NCBI GenBank assembly: GCA_963921275.4
Contig: OZ001293.3
Span: forward strand, 5,440,001 to 5,504,000
Reading direction: 5' to 3'
Origin: an uncultured Hormoscilla sp.
GTDB lineage: Bacteria; Cyanobacteriota; Cyanobacteriia; Cyanobacteriales; Desertifilaceae
Length of the DNA stretch: 64,000 nucleotides
In this document: positions 10,487-21,863 of the stretch, piece by piece
Position numbering within the stretch: the stretch's first letter is position 1
How the letters are laid out: every line of letters begins with the position of its first letter
Notes under the pieces: generated by a model
Databases searched by the model: none
The model's input: the letters and a program-made list of their open reading frames with translations, nothing else
What the model was told of the DNA's origin: nothing
Translations under genes and position numbers: made by a program

Positions 10487-11305
10487 ATGAAGAACATTGC
10501 AATAATTGGGTGTGGTTACGTAGGGACAGAAGTGGCCCGCTATTGGCATCAGTTAGGATATGTGCTGACTGTAACCACGACGACACCCGATCGGGTGGCA
10601 GAATTAGAAGCAGTAGCCCAAGGAGTGGTAATTGTCAAAGGAAATGATGCGATCGGGCTGCGATCGGTGTTAGAAAAGCAGGATACAGTGGTGGTGACGG
10701 TGGGTGCTGCTAATCGCCAAATGTATGCAGAAGCGTACCTAGAAACGGCCCAAACTCTCGTATCTGTGCTGAGGGAAGTTCCCAGGGTCAGACAAGTTAT
10801 TTATACGGGAAGTTATGCGGTTTACGGGGACAAAGATGGGGTGTGGGTAGATGAATCATCCCCCGTCGATCCTGCTAACCCAAATGTACAGATTCTCTGC
10901 GATACGGAGGAGGTGTTACTGTCAGCAGCAAGGGAAAACCTGCGGGTTTGTATTCTCCGCCTGGGGGGAATTTACGGTCCCGGACGGGAAATTATCAAGA
11001 TATTTCGTCGCGCTGCTGGTACGACTCGTCCTGGAAAGGGCACAGAGGCAACAAATTGGATTCATTTGGATGATATTGTGGGGGCGATCGCCTTTGCCGA
11101 CGATCAGCAATTGGAAGGCATATACAACTTAGTGGATGACGAACATTTGACCAATAGAGAATTTCTGGACAGGGTATTTGCCAAGCATAGCTTACCGAAT
11201 GTTACTTGGGATGCCAGGAGTAAGCGATCGTATAATGCCTGGGTATCGAATCAGAAGATCAAAGCAGCGGGTTATCAGCTAATTCATCCTCAAAGGATGG
11301 TTTAA
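10487..11305 (+). CDS. NAD-dependent epimerase/dehydratase (SDR family)
   Basis: IIGCGYVG Rossmann motif, LRLGGIYGPGR, NWIHLDD. Confidence 0.88.
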   Translation: MKNIAIIGCGYVGTEVARYWHQLGYVLTVTTTTPDRVAELEAVAQGVVIVKGNDAIGLRSVLEKQDTVVVTVGAANRQMYAEAYLETAQTLVSVLREVPRVRQVIYTGSYAVYGDKDGVWVDESSPVDPANPNVQILCDTEEVLLSAARENLRVCILRLGGIYGPGREIIKIFRRAAGTTRPGKGTEATNWIHLDDIVGAIAFADDQQLEGIYNLVDDEHLTNREFLDRVFAKHSLPNVTWDARSKRSYNAWVSNQKIKAAGYQLIHPQRMV

Positions 11306-11464
11306 TGGTATTGTAGAATATGTCAGAATTGAGGAGAGAACCATTAGACCAACTAACGACCAAGCACAATCCCAATACTTCGTAGGCTGACTGCCTGACA
11401 CAAGTGGCTCAAAGCTCGCAATTACGTCGAAAGCGAGAAAAGGGGCAGAGTGCTATGCTTGTGC

Positions 11465-12577
11465 TAGTGGTCTGTCAAGGCAATGATGACGGATAATCTA
11501 ACAGTGTATAAATTCACTTCCATGAAGTCATGCCAGCCAAAAGATATATTGTCTCCCTGACTGTCGATGAGCGCCAAAGTCTAGCAACTTACCAAAATAG
11601 GTAAAGCAGCAGCCAGAAAAATTAATCATGCTCGGATCTTATTAAAAGCAGATATCAACCAACCGAATGGGGGTTGGACAGATCAAGCCATCAGTGATGC
11701 TTTGAATATCAGCACCAGAACGATTGAGAGGGTGAGACAAAGGTTTGTTGAAGAGAGCTTAGAGAACGACCCCTCTCAATCACCACTCATTGAAGCTCTC
11801 TAAGCTAGACGGAGAGGCAGAAGCACATTTAGTAGCACTCGCTTGTTCCAAAGCACCTGAAGGTTATAACCGTTGGACATTACGACTACTTGCAAACCAA
11901 ATGGTGGTGTTAGGATATGTAGAAAGTATTTCTCATGAAACTGTGCGACAAGTGTTAAAAAAAAACCAGCAGCCTTGGTTAAAGGAATGTTGGGTAATTC
12001 CACCTGAAGCGAATGCCTCCTTTGTTTGTCAAATGGAAGAGGTTTTACAAATATACACCAGTACCTATGACTCTGATTATCCGGTAGTTGCTTTGATGAA
12101 AGCTCAAAACAGCTAATTTCAGAAACGAGACAGCAAATCAGCCCCAAACCAGGACAGCTTGAACGTTTTGACTATGAATACCAGCGCGAGGGGTCTGTAA
12201 CATGTTCATGTTTTTTGAGCCTTTAACTGGTTGGAGACATGTAGAAGTAACTGACCGACGCACTCAAATTGACTAGGCTCAACAGATGAAATATTTGGTT
12301 GATGAAGCTTTTCCATTAGCCAAGAAAATTAAAATTGTTCAGGACAACTTAAATACCCATGTGAAAGCGTCTCTTTATCAAGCATTTCAACCGGCTGAAG
12401 CCAGACTGATTCTTGACAAGTTAGAATTTCATTATACCCCCAAGCATGGAATTTGGTTGAATATGGCAGAAATTGAGTTAAGTGTTTTAAGCAGACAATG
12501 CCTTAACCAACGGATTCAAGACAAGGAGCTTTTAATTAAGGAAGTTGCGGCTTGGGAAAAGCGTAGAAATGAAATTT
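11465..12577 (+). mobile_element. IS630-family transposase pseudogene, 3' end replaced by an intron fragment
   Basis: RWTLRLLA, VQDNLNTH, HYTPKHGIWLNMAEIE; frameshifts and stops. Confidence 0.85.
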
Positions 12578-13165
12578 AGTCGGGGTCGAGCCTATTGTCA
12601 CCCCCCAACCTTCCCATTCGGAACCGGACTCTCTTTACCGCATCCGGCTACTGGGAAGCAGGGCATTGTCATTGCTAGGATTACTAAGGATTACTCCCAT
12701 TGTCCCTCATCTCACGAGATTTCTCCCCTTTCCTGGTTGGTAAGTGGCGCTGCCAGATAACCTTAAGTATTACCATTTTTCTTTTCTCTGTTTTACCAGT
12801 CATCCCACCTTCTAGAGGTTTCGGGGCTTCTTAGAGATACTTTTTCCCAAGATTTCCTACTTTCACCAACCCGCGTCTGCATGTTGAGGCAGTCCTCAAC
12901 TTATCCATAGGAATTACCCTAGGCATTAGCTTCTCGGGCTATCTCTCCCCTCGTGGCTTGCGCTATGCGCTGCGCGCACGCTACGCGGACGTACATCTAA
13001 CTGGTTCGGCCCCGTTGAGCCGAACTGCACACAAGAGGTTACTTCGTTCCCTGGTATCATTTCTCGATGCTTTTAAACCCCTGCTATACCCCGGGAGCTA
13101 TTCGAGTGCGATGTTGGCCAGACAATACGCAGAGATATCGAAGTAGCTATTTGGGATTTGGTCCA
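12578..13165 (-). mobile_element. 5'-truncated, degenerate ORF-less group II intron (relative of families A/B)
   Basis: Minus strand shows CCCAGTAGCCGGATGCGG D5, ...CTCGACCCCGAC(T) end, AGGGAACGAAGTAACC and AATAGCTCCCGGGGTATAG motifs; left limit of homology approximate. Confidence 0.8.
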
Positions 13166-13218
13166 TGACTACAATAAATGTTTATCGGGTTAGTTGTGCC
13201 ATCACTATATGTTTATCA

Positions 13219-13504
13219 CTACCCGTCATCATTAGAGCCGGAGCAAGATTTCAAGGTTAGTCCGTAGCGCTTCAGGGTCTGGTCAAATTGGTCCTTTTCT
13301 ATGTCCAGCTCAATTTCCCCGACTTTAATCTCTGCCTCTTTTCGGTTTGCGGGATTATCTTGCAGTCCTAGGGAAATTCTTTTTTGCTGCCCGCCAAAAA
13401 GAAACCGAGGTAGACGCAGACTGAGCATACCCGAGAATGACCAGACCCCTACCTTTCCTTTGTACTGGTGATTGAGTTTTTTTTTGAGATATTTTCTTTG
13501 TCAT
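13219..13504 (-). pseudogene. N-terminal arm-DNA-binding fragment of a cyanobacterial tyrosine integrase
   Basis: LRLPR..FGG.QK.ISLGL.D.P.NRK.AE..IE.DI...FD.TL.RY pattern; no catalytic domain. Confidence 0.6.
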
Positions 13505-13675
13505 GTCAGGTTTGAGTAGGATTATGAAACTCTCCTAAGTTTCCTATCTAAACACCTAGATTCCTTATGTTGTAAGGGTCTCGGGAAAATATTCTCAAAA
13601 GTTTTACTATTTTCCAGCCCGCGCTGGCGGGCTTTGTTCGGTAGGGCTACTACAAACCTGGACTACAAACTTGGA

Positions 13676-14956
13676 CTACGAGTCTACTGGCACCCGCTGC
13701 AATTTAGCGCCCAACTGTTGCAGCTTCAGATCCAGCCTCTCATAACCCCGATCCATGTGATGTAACCCCTCAATCCGAGTTGTTCCTTCTGCGGCCAGTC
13801 CTGCTAGCACCAATGCCGCCGAAGCCCTTAAATCCGTTGCTACCACTGGCGCACCTGATAACATCGGCACTCCCCGGATCGCAGCATTATTTCCTTTCAC
13901 TCGAATATCTGCCCCCATGCGATTTAACTCCGCTGCGTGACGCATCCGGTTCTCAAACACCGTTTCCGTCATCACGCAACTCCCCTGAGACAAGCTCAGT
14001 AATGCCATAAATGGAGCTTGCATATCCGTAGGAAAACCTGGATAGGGCTGAGTTTCAATGTCCGTGGCCTGGTGATTTTCTGCTGGCACGATTCGCAGCT
14101 GGTTGGGAGCTTCTGCGATCGTTTCTGCCCCCATAGCTTGCAGTTTCGCGATTATGGGGGTGATATGCTCTGGCACCACTGGAGCTAAACTGATGGGTGA
14201 GTGGGTAATTGCCCCTGCTATTAAAAATGTCCCTGTCTCAATCCGATCGGGAATGATTGTGTAATCTGTCGAGTGGAGTTTGACTACACCTGAGATGGCG
14301 ATCTTTTTCGTCCCCGCACCCTGAATTTTCGCCCCCATTGACTGACAGAAAGCCGCCAAATCTATCACTTCGGGCTCTTGAGCCGCATTTTCGATCGTCG
14401 TTTCCCCCTCTGCTAGGGTAGCAGCCATCATCAAGGTTTCCGTCGCCCCCACGCTAGGGTAATCTAGATATATTTTGGCACCTTTTAATCCTCCTGGAGG
14501 GGCATAGGCATGGACCATCCCGCCATCGATTTGCACCGTCGCCCCCATCCCTTGCAAACCCCTGACATGGAAGTCCACTGGCCGCGCACCGATCTCGCAG
14601 CCCCCTGGTAGGGGAACCCGGGCTAATCCCAGGCGAGCTAGGATCGGTCCTATACAGAAGAAACTGGCTCTCAGCTGGCTGACTATTTCGTAGGGAGCGC
14701 GATCGGAGCTAATCTGACTGGCATTGATATCCAAAATATCCCCCTGCCGTTCGATTTTTACTCCCAAAGCTTCCAGTATTTGACTCATCCGATTTACGTC
14801 CACCAGGGATGGTACATTCCGCAGACGACAATTTTCCGGACAAAGCAATGCTCCCGCCACGATCGCCAGGGCGGCGTTTTTGGCCCCGCTGATTTTTACC
14901 TGTCCCTGTAATTGGGATTTCCCCCAAATCTCCAACACTGACTGATCGGCCTCCAA
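13676..14956 (-). CDS. murA: UDP-N-acetylglucosamine 1-carboxyvinyltransferase
   Basis: [38 protein letters not shown]; true start may lie slightly upstream. Confidence 0.96.
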   Translation of the reverse strand: MEADQSVLEIWGKSQLQGQVKISGAKNAALAIVAGALLCPENCRLRNVPSLVDVNRMSQILEALGVKIERQGDILDINASQISSDRAPYEIVSQLRASFFCIGPILARLGLARVPLPGGCEIGARPVDFHVRGLQGMGATVQIDGGMVHAYAPPGGLKGAKIYLDYPSVGATETLMMAATLAEGETTIENAAQEPEVIDLAAFCQSMGAKIQGAGTKKIAISGVVKLHSTDYTIIPDRIETGTFLIAGAITHSPISLAPVVPEHITPIIAKLQAMGAETIAEAPNQLRIVPAENHQATDIETQPYPGFPTDMQAPFMALLSLSQGSCVMTETVFENRMRHAAELNRMGADIRVKGNNAAIRGVPMLSGAPVVATDLRASAALVLAGLAAEGTTRIEGLHHMDRGYERLDLKLQQLGAKLQRVPVDS

Positions 14957-15509
14957 TGCTTCTCCGGGGGGGGTTGATAGTTTCTGCGTGGGATTAATAG
15001 GTCTATCCTCCGTTACTTAACTTTATCTGTACCATAACTTTTCTCTTCGCTTCTGATTCTACCGGAAAACTTGCATAACGGGACTTTGAGATTTTCTCAG
15101 GCAAAAAACGGCTTCTTAGCTTACCGGGTGTGGGTTTTACGTCGAAGGGTATCAAATGGCAGCAAACCCGCTCCCCTGGGTCGAGGGAGACCAGGGAGAC
15201 CCCACTGTGGCTCTGTGAAAGGGTTTGATGTCATTTTACGCCTATTTTTTCTCAAAGTCCCGATAAAAATGTCTTGACGCCTTTCATTCTGACTATCTGT
15301 GCATTCCCAGATCGGTGCTGTGATCGCCAACCGCTACCACTCCCTCACCCTAAAGGGTGAGGCTAAACAAACAAAGCCCGCCTGCGCGGGCTAGATTACA
15401 TTAAAGAGATAGTCCCGATCGGGTCAAACATGGGTGGCCTGAAAACTATGCTGGGAGGCAGGAGATCGCCTATCGCCTTGAGCGAACGCCACCGATATTT
15501 TAACCTCCC

Positions 15510-15859
15510 CAGTGAGTCAGAGCAACTCTCAGAGATACTCAACGCGACCACTCATCTCTTCGAGCGTAAATTTCTCATAAATTCAGGCGACGGATGATTT
15601 GACCAATCGATCAAGTCCTCTGCTGACAATAGGCGATACCGGGATGTTCGCTAGTGCGGCTAGCAATGCGATGTAAGTCATCATCATGAGTAACGATTAC
15701 GCGCTGTTCTTGGCGGGCAAACTCTAAATGTGCTTCATCCACCTGTGTGCGCAACCCCGCCTCAACTGTTGTTGTCACATCGATGCCGTGACGACGCAAC
15801 CCAATAGCAATAGCAGAGTCTACCTGTTCGTCTAGGTGAAAGCGAAGGCGCGTACTCAT
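15510..15859 (-). pseudogene. DUF5615 family PIN-like toxin, premature TGA at 15611
   Basis: RFHLDE, GIDVTTT, VIVTHDDDL; overlaps the upstream DUF433 stop; 3' limit approximate. Confidence 0.7.
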
Positions 15860-16164
15860 AAGAGCTGTTTCCTCCGTTTTTCCTCCAGAGGCGAGGAATG
15901 AGTACGCTTAAACTCTTCGACAAATGCTTCTCCTTCTGCCGCGCGTCGGTCAATTTTTTCCCGATGATCGTAATAGTATACCATTGCCGCATGAATTGAT
16001 GCCAGGGATAGATCGTATCTGCCCGCAATTTCTTCTACCGATTGCCCCATCCGCAAATACATATCCGCGATCGCTATCACTGACAGGCGCGTACCAGCAA
16101 TACGCGGTTTCCCGAAACATACATCCAGAGTAATTTCAATATGTTCTGAGATTACCGAGTCTAT
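15856..16164 (-). pseudogene. DUF433 antitoxin; start codon reads ATA
   Basis: EHIEITLDVCFGKPRIAGTRL...IHAAMVYYYD; ATA follows an AGGAG RBS. Confidence 0.65.
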
Positions 16165-16303
16165 AACTCTCCTGACTTAGTTTACACCGATTACACTCAT
16201 CTCCTCTATCCTACCACAAAAACATTGCGATCGTCAGTTGTGATTTGTCAGTTGTTGGTTGTCAGTTGTTGGTTATCAGTTGTTGGTTGTCAGGGCTACC
16301 AAC

Positions 16304-18390
16304 TTAAGCCGGGACAGTCAGTCTGGGTAAGGGATTCGGCGGTTGTGCTAAAGATAACTGTCGTGGTCGGGGGAGTTCACCCATATGGTCTACCACCCAC
16401 TCTGAGAGATTTGGAAAAGAATGCCCAAATATTCCTTGTGCAGGCGTGCTACCATCCGCTCGTCTGATGTCAAAATTGTGGATGAGGGTAAGCACGGCTA
16501 AAGTTTGAACAGAGAAACCGCGAGAGCTATGATGGATACCAGACAAATAGCCATTGTGCCCTTCCACGGCTGAGGTGGTGCGTTGATATTTAAGAGCGAT
16601 CCAGTTTGCCCACTCTACCCACTGTTGATGCTTCGCCGCCTCTAATTGTTGAGTGAGAGGGTGAGCAAGCAAGCGCTCCTTGGCTTGCTCCGCAGCCACC
16701 TGATAGACAAGTTTGACTCATTTTTGTCTAGTTTTGTCTGCTTGTTGATGCCAATAGGCCCAGGGCAACAAAAGTTCCACCACCCACTGCTGCAACTCTA
16801 AATCGTCAGTTTTGGCATGGAGCGCTTCGCTGACCCAGCGCACAAGAGCATGAATTCCTTCAGCAAAGGAAGGAATGTGTCGTTCAAAGGTATCAATGGC
16901 GGTTTGGGCTTTGTTGATGCCGTAGCGCATCGCCAGGGAACGCAGCTGTGAGAGGGAAGAACTCAGACAACTAGATAGTTCCGGCCTCAGTTGCCAGCCA
17001 AGGAGTGGTAATGTTAAACGGATGAATCGCCTGGGTGATGGCATGGAGGGTCTGGTGATAGGTGATCTGGGTGGACTTCCATTGCTTGCCGCTGCATAGT
17101 GAGCTGTTCTAGCAGCTCCATGAGTTGAGTACCCTTGGTCTCATTGATAGTCTTGGCCAATTGCTCGCTCAGTTTTTGAAGAAAGTTTTTTCAGTTGGCT
17201 GAGCTGACTACCAATTGCACTGCCCAAGGGTTGGCCTAAATCGCGTAGGGCATGAAACAAGTCCGGCACGCTGGTACAGCTCAAGCCTTCTAGGGCCAGT
17301 TTAATCAGTGATGAAAGCTCCATCACTGACCATGAAGTGACAGTGCCATCCCGCCGTTCGTCCACCACGATTGAATTTGCTGTTGCCACGTTTCGTAGGG
17401 CGTGTCATCAATTAAGCCATATTACAGCTGCCGCGAGGTAGATGGCACCCAAGAAATTGCGAGCGGTTTTATCGTAGCGTGTCGCCAGAGCCCTGTATTG
17501 CTTGAGTTTTTGGAATAGATTTTCAATTAGATGCCGCCACTTGTACATTTCTTCATCGTATTCTCTGTGTTCTGTGCGGTTACTTTTTGGAGGAATGACA
17601 GCCATCCAATCCGCCTCTTTCAGGCGCTCGAGCACACGTTGTTCCGCATCATAGGCTTTATCTGCAAGCAGCGCGCCAATCTCACCGATTTTATCCAATA
17701 GCACGTCAGCGCCTTTCCCGTCGTGGGCTTGGCCAGGGGTAAGATGAAATCCTGTGGGATTGCCTTGGGCAATCGCAAGTGGCATGAATCTTTGTCGATA
17801 GTCCCCCTTTACTACGGCCTATGGCTTGGGTTTCGCACGTATCTGAGGGTGTTTTTTTTTGCACCCGCACGCTCGTTGATGGGCACGCAGGATGGTGGCA
17901 TCAATCGCGGCGTATTCGTTATCGGCGTCTGAGGCCAAGACATCGAATACCTGCTTCCAAACTCCCTTTTCAGACCAACGGGTATGGCGGGTATGAACAA
18001 CCCGAAAATCCCCAAAACACTCCGGTAAATCCCGCCAGGGAATGCCAGCACGATATCGATATAACACGGCAGAACACGAATAATCTATTGTTCTTGGCTG
18101 TAGCGCCTGGGTCACCCTCTTTACCAGGTAAAAGGTGTTCGATCCGTTCCCACTGGTCGTCTCGCAAGCCATAGCGTCTCATATCATGCCCTCTTGATTG
18201 TTATTGCTGGATAAGGACTCCATACCGTATCCATCTATTTCTGTTAAGCAATTTGATTGATGACACACCCTAGGTACGATTGTCACTTTCGACAAGGCGT
18301 GAAAATGTAGCCACGCTCTCAATTCCACCGAAAAACCTGCTTTCTGGTTTCCTGCGCGAATATGCCAGCAGCTTTCATTGAGATGCGGGA
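16304..18390 (-). mobile_element. Fragmented cyanobacterial transposase-like gene (DUF6399-like), interrupted by an IS5 element
   Basis: QRTTSAVEGHNGYLS, HNFDIRRADGSTPA, VPDLFHALRDL in several frames; limits approximate. Confidence 0.6.
17398..18270 (-). mobile_element. IS5-family (IS427-like) element, frameshifted transposase
   Basis: TIRs GGGCGTGTCATCAAT / ATTGATGACACACCC flanked by [29 protein letters not shown]. Confidence 0.85.
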
Positions 18391-18528
18391 GGGATCTCTA
18401 GAGGTCTAGAACGTCGGTCAGAAACCAGGTTTCTTTTGTCAGAGTATTGATATTTCGTTGATGGCCGCACCATAAACCCGGTTTCTAGCTTCTACTTGAC
18501 GGATGTCCTAGGCGCTTTCGCGCCTGGC

Positions 18529-18612
18529 AAGCACTAAAGTGCTTACTACGAACCCGGAAGCACTAAAGTGCTTACTACGAACCCGGAAGCACTAAAGTGC
18601 TTACTACGAACG
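18529..18612. repeat. Tandem 29-bp REP-like palindromes (GCACTAAAGTGCTTACTACGAAC)
   Basis: Three units; same family at 20370-20500 and 46045-46190. Confidence 0.8.
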
Positions 18613-18667
18613 GCAAGTTTATTGCTACACTTGGCTCAGGACTGTAACAGACGATCGTAGTTAAGAT

Positions 18668-20239
18668 ATGTTTTGGGCTGACAAAATCGCGACAGACGCA
18701 CAAGGCGACCAAGTAGTCAACGACTCCAAGACCCCCTCGGGCCGGGTTCATGTGGGATCCTTGCGGGGTGTAGTCATTCACGAGGTGATCTACCGGGCAT
18801 TGAAACAGGCGGCCAAACCTGCTAAGTTCCTATATGGCTGCGATGACTATGACGCCCTGGATACAGTACCTAAATATCTGGACCAGAGCAAGTTTGCCCC
18901 TTATCTAGGCTTTCCCCTCTGCAACGTGCCCTCCCCAGGAGACAGCGCTAGCGATTACGCGAAGTATTTCATGGGTGAGTTCCTGGAAGTGTTTGACTAT
19001 CTGGGCATTAAGCCAGAAGTATACTACCTGCGAGACCTCTATCGGACGGGGAAGCTGAACAATTATATAGATAAGTTTCTGCAAAATGCCCATCTGGTCA
19101 GAGAAGTATACAAACAGGTGTCTAAGGCAGAACGGGCCGAGAACTGGTATCCCTTTCAGGCGATCTGTGAGAATTGCGGCAAAATTGCCACCACCGCCGT
19201 CACGGACTACAATGGTTCGGAAGTATTTTACACTTGCCAGCCGGACGGGACAGATTGGGTGCAAGGTTGCGGGCATTCCGGTTGGGTTTCCTCCTTTGAT
19301 GGCAACGGCAAGCTGCCCTGGAAGGTAGAATGGGTGGCAAAATGGGATTTGTTGGGGGTGACGATCGAGCTAGCAGGTAAGGACCACTCCCAAAAAGGCG
19401 GTTCCAGGGATGTGGCAAACGGCATCTGCCGAAAGGTGTTACAAAAACAACCGCCGTTCCATTCTCCTTATGAATTTATCCTCGTGAACGGCACCAAGAT
19501 GAGTTCGTCTAAGGGTGTAGGTTCTTCCGCTAAGGAGATGGCAGCATTATTACCGGCCGAACAACTGCGGTTTTTGATGCTGCGGACTCAACCCAAAACG
19601 GCGATTAATTTTGCCCCCAACTATGAAACCATCACTCGCCTGTTCCGAGATTATGATACTCTTAATAGTAAGTATCAAGAACGGCCAGAGTTGTCTCAAG
19701 AGCTAATGCCCCTCTTTTATTCCCAGTTGGACTCCGAGATTAAAACTTACCAGCCCTTTGAGTTGAGCACGATTATTTCCCTGTTGCAAATTCCCCGTCT
19801 GGAAATCAAGCAAGAAGTGGCCAAACGGATCGGCAAACCCTTGAGTGAGTTTGACTGGAACATATTAAACCAAAGAATCGCTGTGGCCCAAAAATGGCTG
19901 GCGGATTATGCTGATGAAGAGGAAAAGCTGGTAATATATTGGGATGCGGTGCCCGAACAGGCCCGATCTCTCGCGGCAGAACAGCTGACATACCTGAGTA
20001 AGTTAGCAGAAAAGTTGTCGGCGGCGACAACCTGGGATGCAGAAGATTTGCAAACCACGATCTTTGCCACGGCCAAAGAGTTGGAGATTAAACTCAATGT
20101 GGCTTTTCCGGCAATCTACTTGTCCTTGCTCGGCAAGGAACGGGGTCCGAAAGCAGGAGGACTGCTGTCATACTTGGAAAAAGAGTTCGCGATCGCGAGA
20201 ATAAAAGAGGTAATATCAAATCAGATTGAATACCCATAA
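18668..20239 (+). CDS. lysS: Lysine--tRNA ligase, class I
   Basis: KTPSGRVHVGSLR (HIGH-like), CENCG, GKLPWKVEW, GKDH, KMSSSKG. Confidence 0.92.
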   Translation: MFWADKIATDAQGDQVVNDSKTPSGRVHVGSLRGVVIHEVIYRALKQAAKPAKFLYGCDDYDALDTVPKYLDQSKFAPYLGFPLCNVPSPGDSASDYAKYFMGEFLEVFDYLGIKPEVYYLRDLYRTGKLNNYIDKFLQNAHLVREVYKQVSKAERAENWYPFQAICENCGKIATTAVTDYNGSEVFYTCQPDGTDWVQGCGHSGWVSSFDGNGKLPWKVEWVAKWDLLGVTIELAGKDHSQKGGSRDVANGICRKVLQKQPPFHSPYEFILVNGTKMSSSKGVGSSAKEMAALLPAEQLRFLMLRTQPKTAINFAPNYETITRLFRDYDTLNSKYQERPELSQELMPLFYSQLDSEIKTYQPFELSTIISLLQIPRLEIKQEVAKRIGKPLSEFDWNILNQRIAVAQKWLADYADEEEKLVIYWDAVPEQARSLAAEQLTYLSKLAEKLSAATTWDAEDLQTTIFATAKELEIKLNVAFPAIYLSLLGKERGPKAGGLLSYLEKEFAIARIKEVISNQIEYP

Positions 20240-20369
20240 TAAAAAATTCCCAAGTTGTAGGTTTGGTTTCGTGCCTCAACCCAATCGGTTGCTGGCTTTT
20301 GCTGACGATATCGATGGTGAGAGTCTGGTTTTATTAATTGTGGGGAATTCCCCGGATTTGATCTAATAG

Positions 20370-20500
20370 GTTCGTAGTGAGGACTTCAGTCCTCAAGCAG
20401 TTAGGGGTGAGGGAAGGACTAAAGTCCTTACTACGAACGGAGGGAAGGACTTTAGTCCTTACTATGAACGGAGGGAAGGACTAAAGTGCTTACTACGAAC
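20370..20500. repeat. REP-like palindrome cluster (AGGACTAAAGTCCTTACTACGAAC)
   Basis: One inverted plus three tandem units. Confidence 0.75.
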
Positions 20501-20522
20501 GAGGAGAACGAACAATGAGCAA

Positions 20523-21863
20523 TTGACAATGAGCAAGAAACCAAAGATAATAGTAATAGATGACGACCCCACAGGTTCTCAAACAGTACATAGCTGCTTG
20601 CTGCTGTTGCGGTGGGATGTGGAAACTTTGCAGTTGGGACTTGCTGATGAAGCGCCGATCTTCTTTGTGCTGACGAATACCCGGGCCCTGACACCAGAAA
20701 AAGCTGAGGCGGTGACCTCAATTGTATGCCAGAATCTTAAAGAGGCGATCGCCCTAGAAGGAATAGAAGATTTCCTCGTAGTCAGTCGTTCGGACTCTAC
20801 CCTGCGGGGACATTATCCGATAGAAACGGATGTCATAGCAGCAGAAGTCGGTCCCTTCGACGCCCATTTTCTGGTGCCAGCATTCTTTGAAGGAGGGCGC
20901 ATAACCCGGGATAGCATACATTACCTGACGGCAAACGGCGTCGAGACGCCAGTACATGAAACAGAATTTGCCCGAGATTCAGTTTTTGGCTACCATAACT
21001 CCTATCTCCCAGATTATGTAGAGAAAAAGACAAAAGGAAAAATTCCTGCCGACAAGGTAGAAAAATTTTTACTGGCAGATATTCGCAGCGGTACTCAGTC
21101 GCGCCTGATGCAACTGGAAAAGAACCAATGTGTAGTAGTGGATGGGGAAACCCAAGGAGACTTAGATAAGTTTGCCGCTGATGTCCTGGCAACAGCAGCT
21201 AAGGGGAAACGTTTTCTATTTAGAAGTGCAGCGAGTATTTTAACCTCTCTGGCAGCATTACCACCACAACCAGTAATGCCCACACATATGAATCAATATG
21301 TGCGGGAAGGCAAACCGGGTATAGCGATAGTGGGTTCCCACGTGAAAAAAACTAGCCAGCAGTTAGAACGTTTGCTGCCCCAACCAGGTATAGTAGGGAT
21401 TGAGGTGAAGGTTACCGATCTGCTAACAGAGTCGGCAGGACAACGAGAGGAATTGTTGGATGAGACCCTCATCAAGGTGCGGCAAGTCCATGGCACGGGG
21501 AAAACACCGGTAGTATATACGAGTCGCGAGGAAATTACCTTCTCAGATGTACAGACTAGGTTAGAATTTGGGGCAGCAGTCTCGGGTTTGCTGATGGATA
21601 TCCTGCGGGGTCTGCCAATGGATATCGGTTATTTGATTAGTAAGGGTGGCATTACCTCTAATGATACCTTATCCAAAGGTCTGCTGTTACAATCGGCAAG
21701 GCTACTGGGTCAAATTATCCCCGGATGTTCGATGGTCCGTACACCCATAAACCATCCTCAATTTCCCAATTTGCCAGTAGTGCTGTTTCCTGGTAATGTC
21801 GGAGATGCAGACGCGCTGGTCACAGTTTACGAACGGTTGATGGTTGATGGCAATGAACAATGA
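20523..21863 (+). CDS. Four-carbon acid sugar kinase family protein (DUF1537)
   Basis: VIDDDPTGSQTVH, RSDSTLRGH, SKGGITS, FPGNVG. Confidence 0.88.
   Translation: MTMSKKPKIIVIDDDPTGSQTVHSCLLLLRWDVETLQLGLADEAPIFFVLTNTRALTPEKAEAVTSIVCQNLKEAIALEGIEDFLVVSRSDSTLRGHYPIETDVIAAEVGPFDAHFLVPAFFEGGRITRDSIHYLTANGVETPVHETEFARDSVFGYHNSYLPDYVEKKTKGKIPADKVEKFLLADIRSGTQSRLMQLEKNQCVVVDGETQGDLDKFAADVLATAAKGKRFLFRSAASILTSLAALPPQPVMPTHMNQYVREGKPGIAIVGSHVKKTSQQLERLLPQPGIVGIEVKVTDLLTESAGQREELLDETLIKVRQVHGTGKTPVVYTSREEITFSDVQTRLEFGAAVSGLLMDILRGLPMDIGYLISKGGITSNDTLSKGLLLQSARLLGQIIPGCSMVRTPINHPQFPNLPVVLFPGNVGDADALVTVYERLMVDGNEQ

Noticed and set aside
15000..15500. Possible tRNA upstream of murA
   Set aside because: No cloverleaf found; only REP-like hairpins
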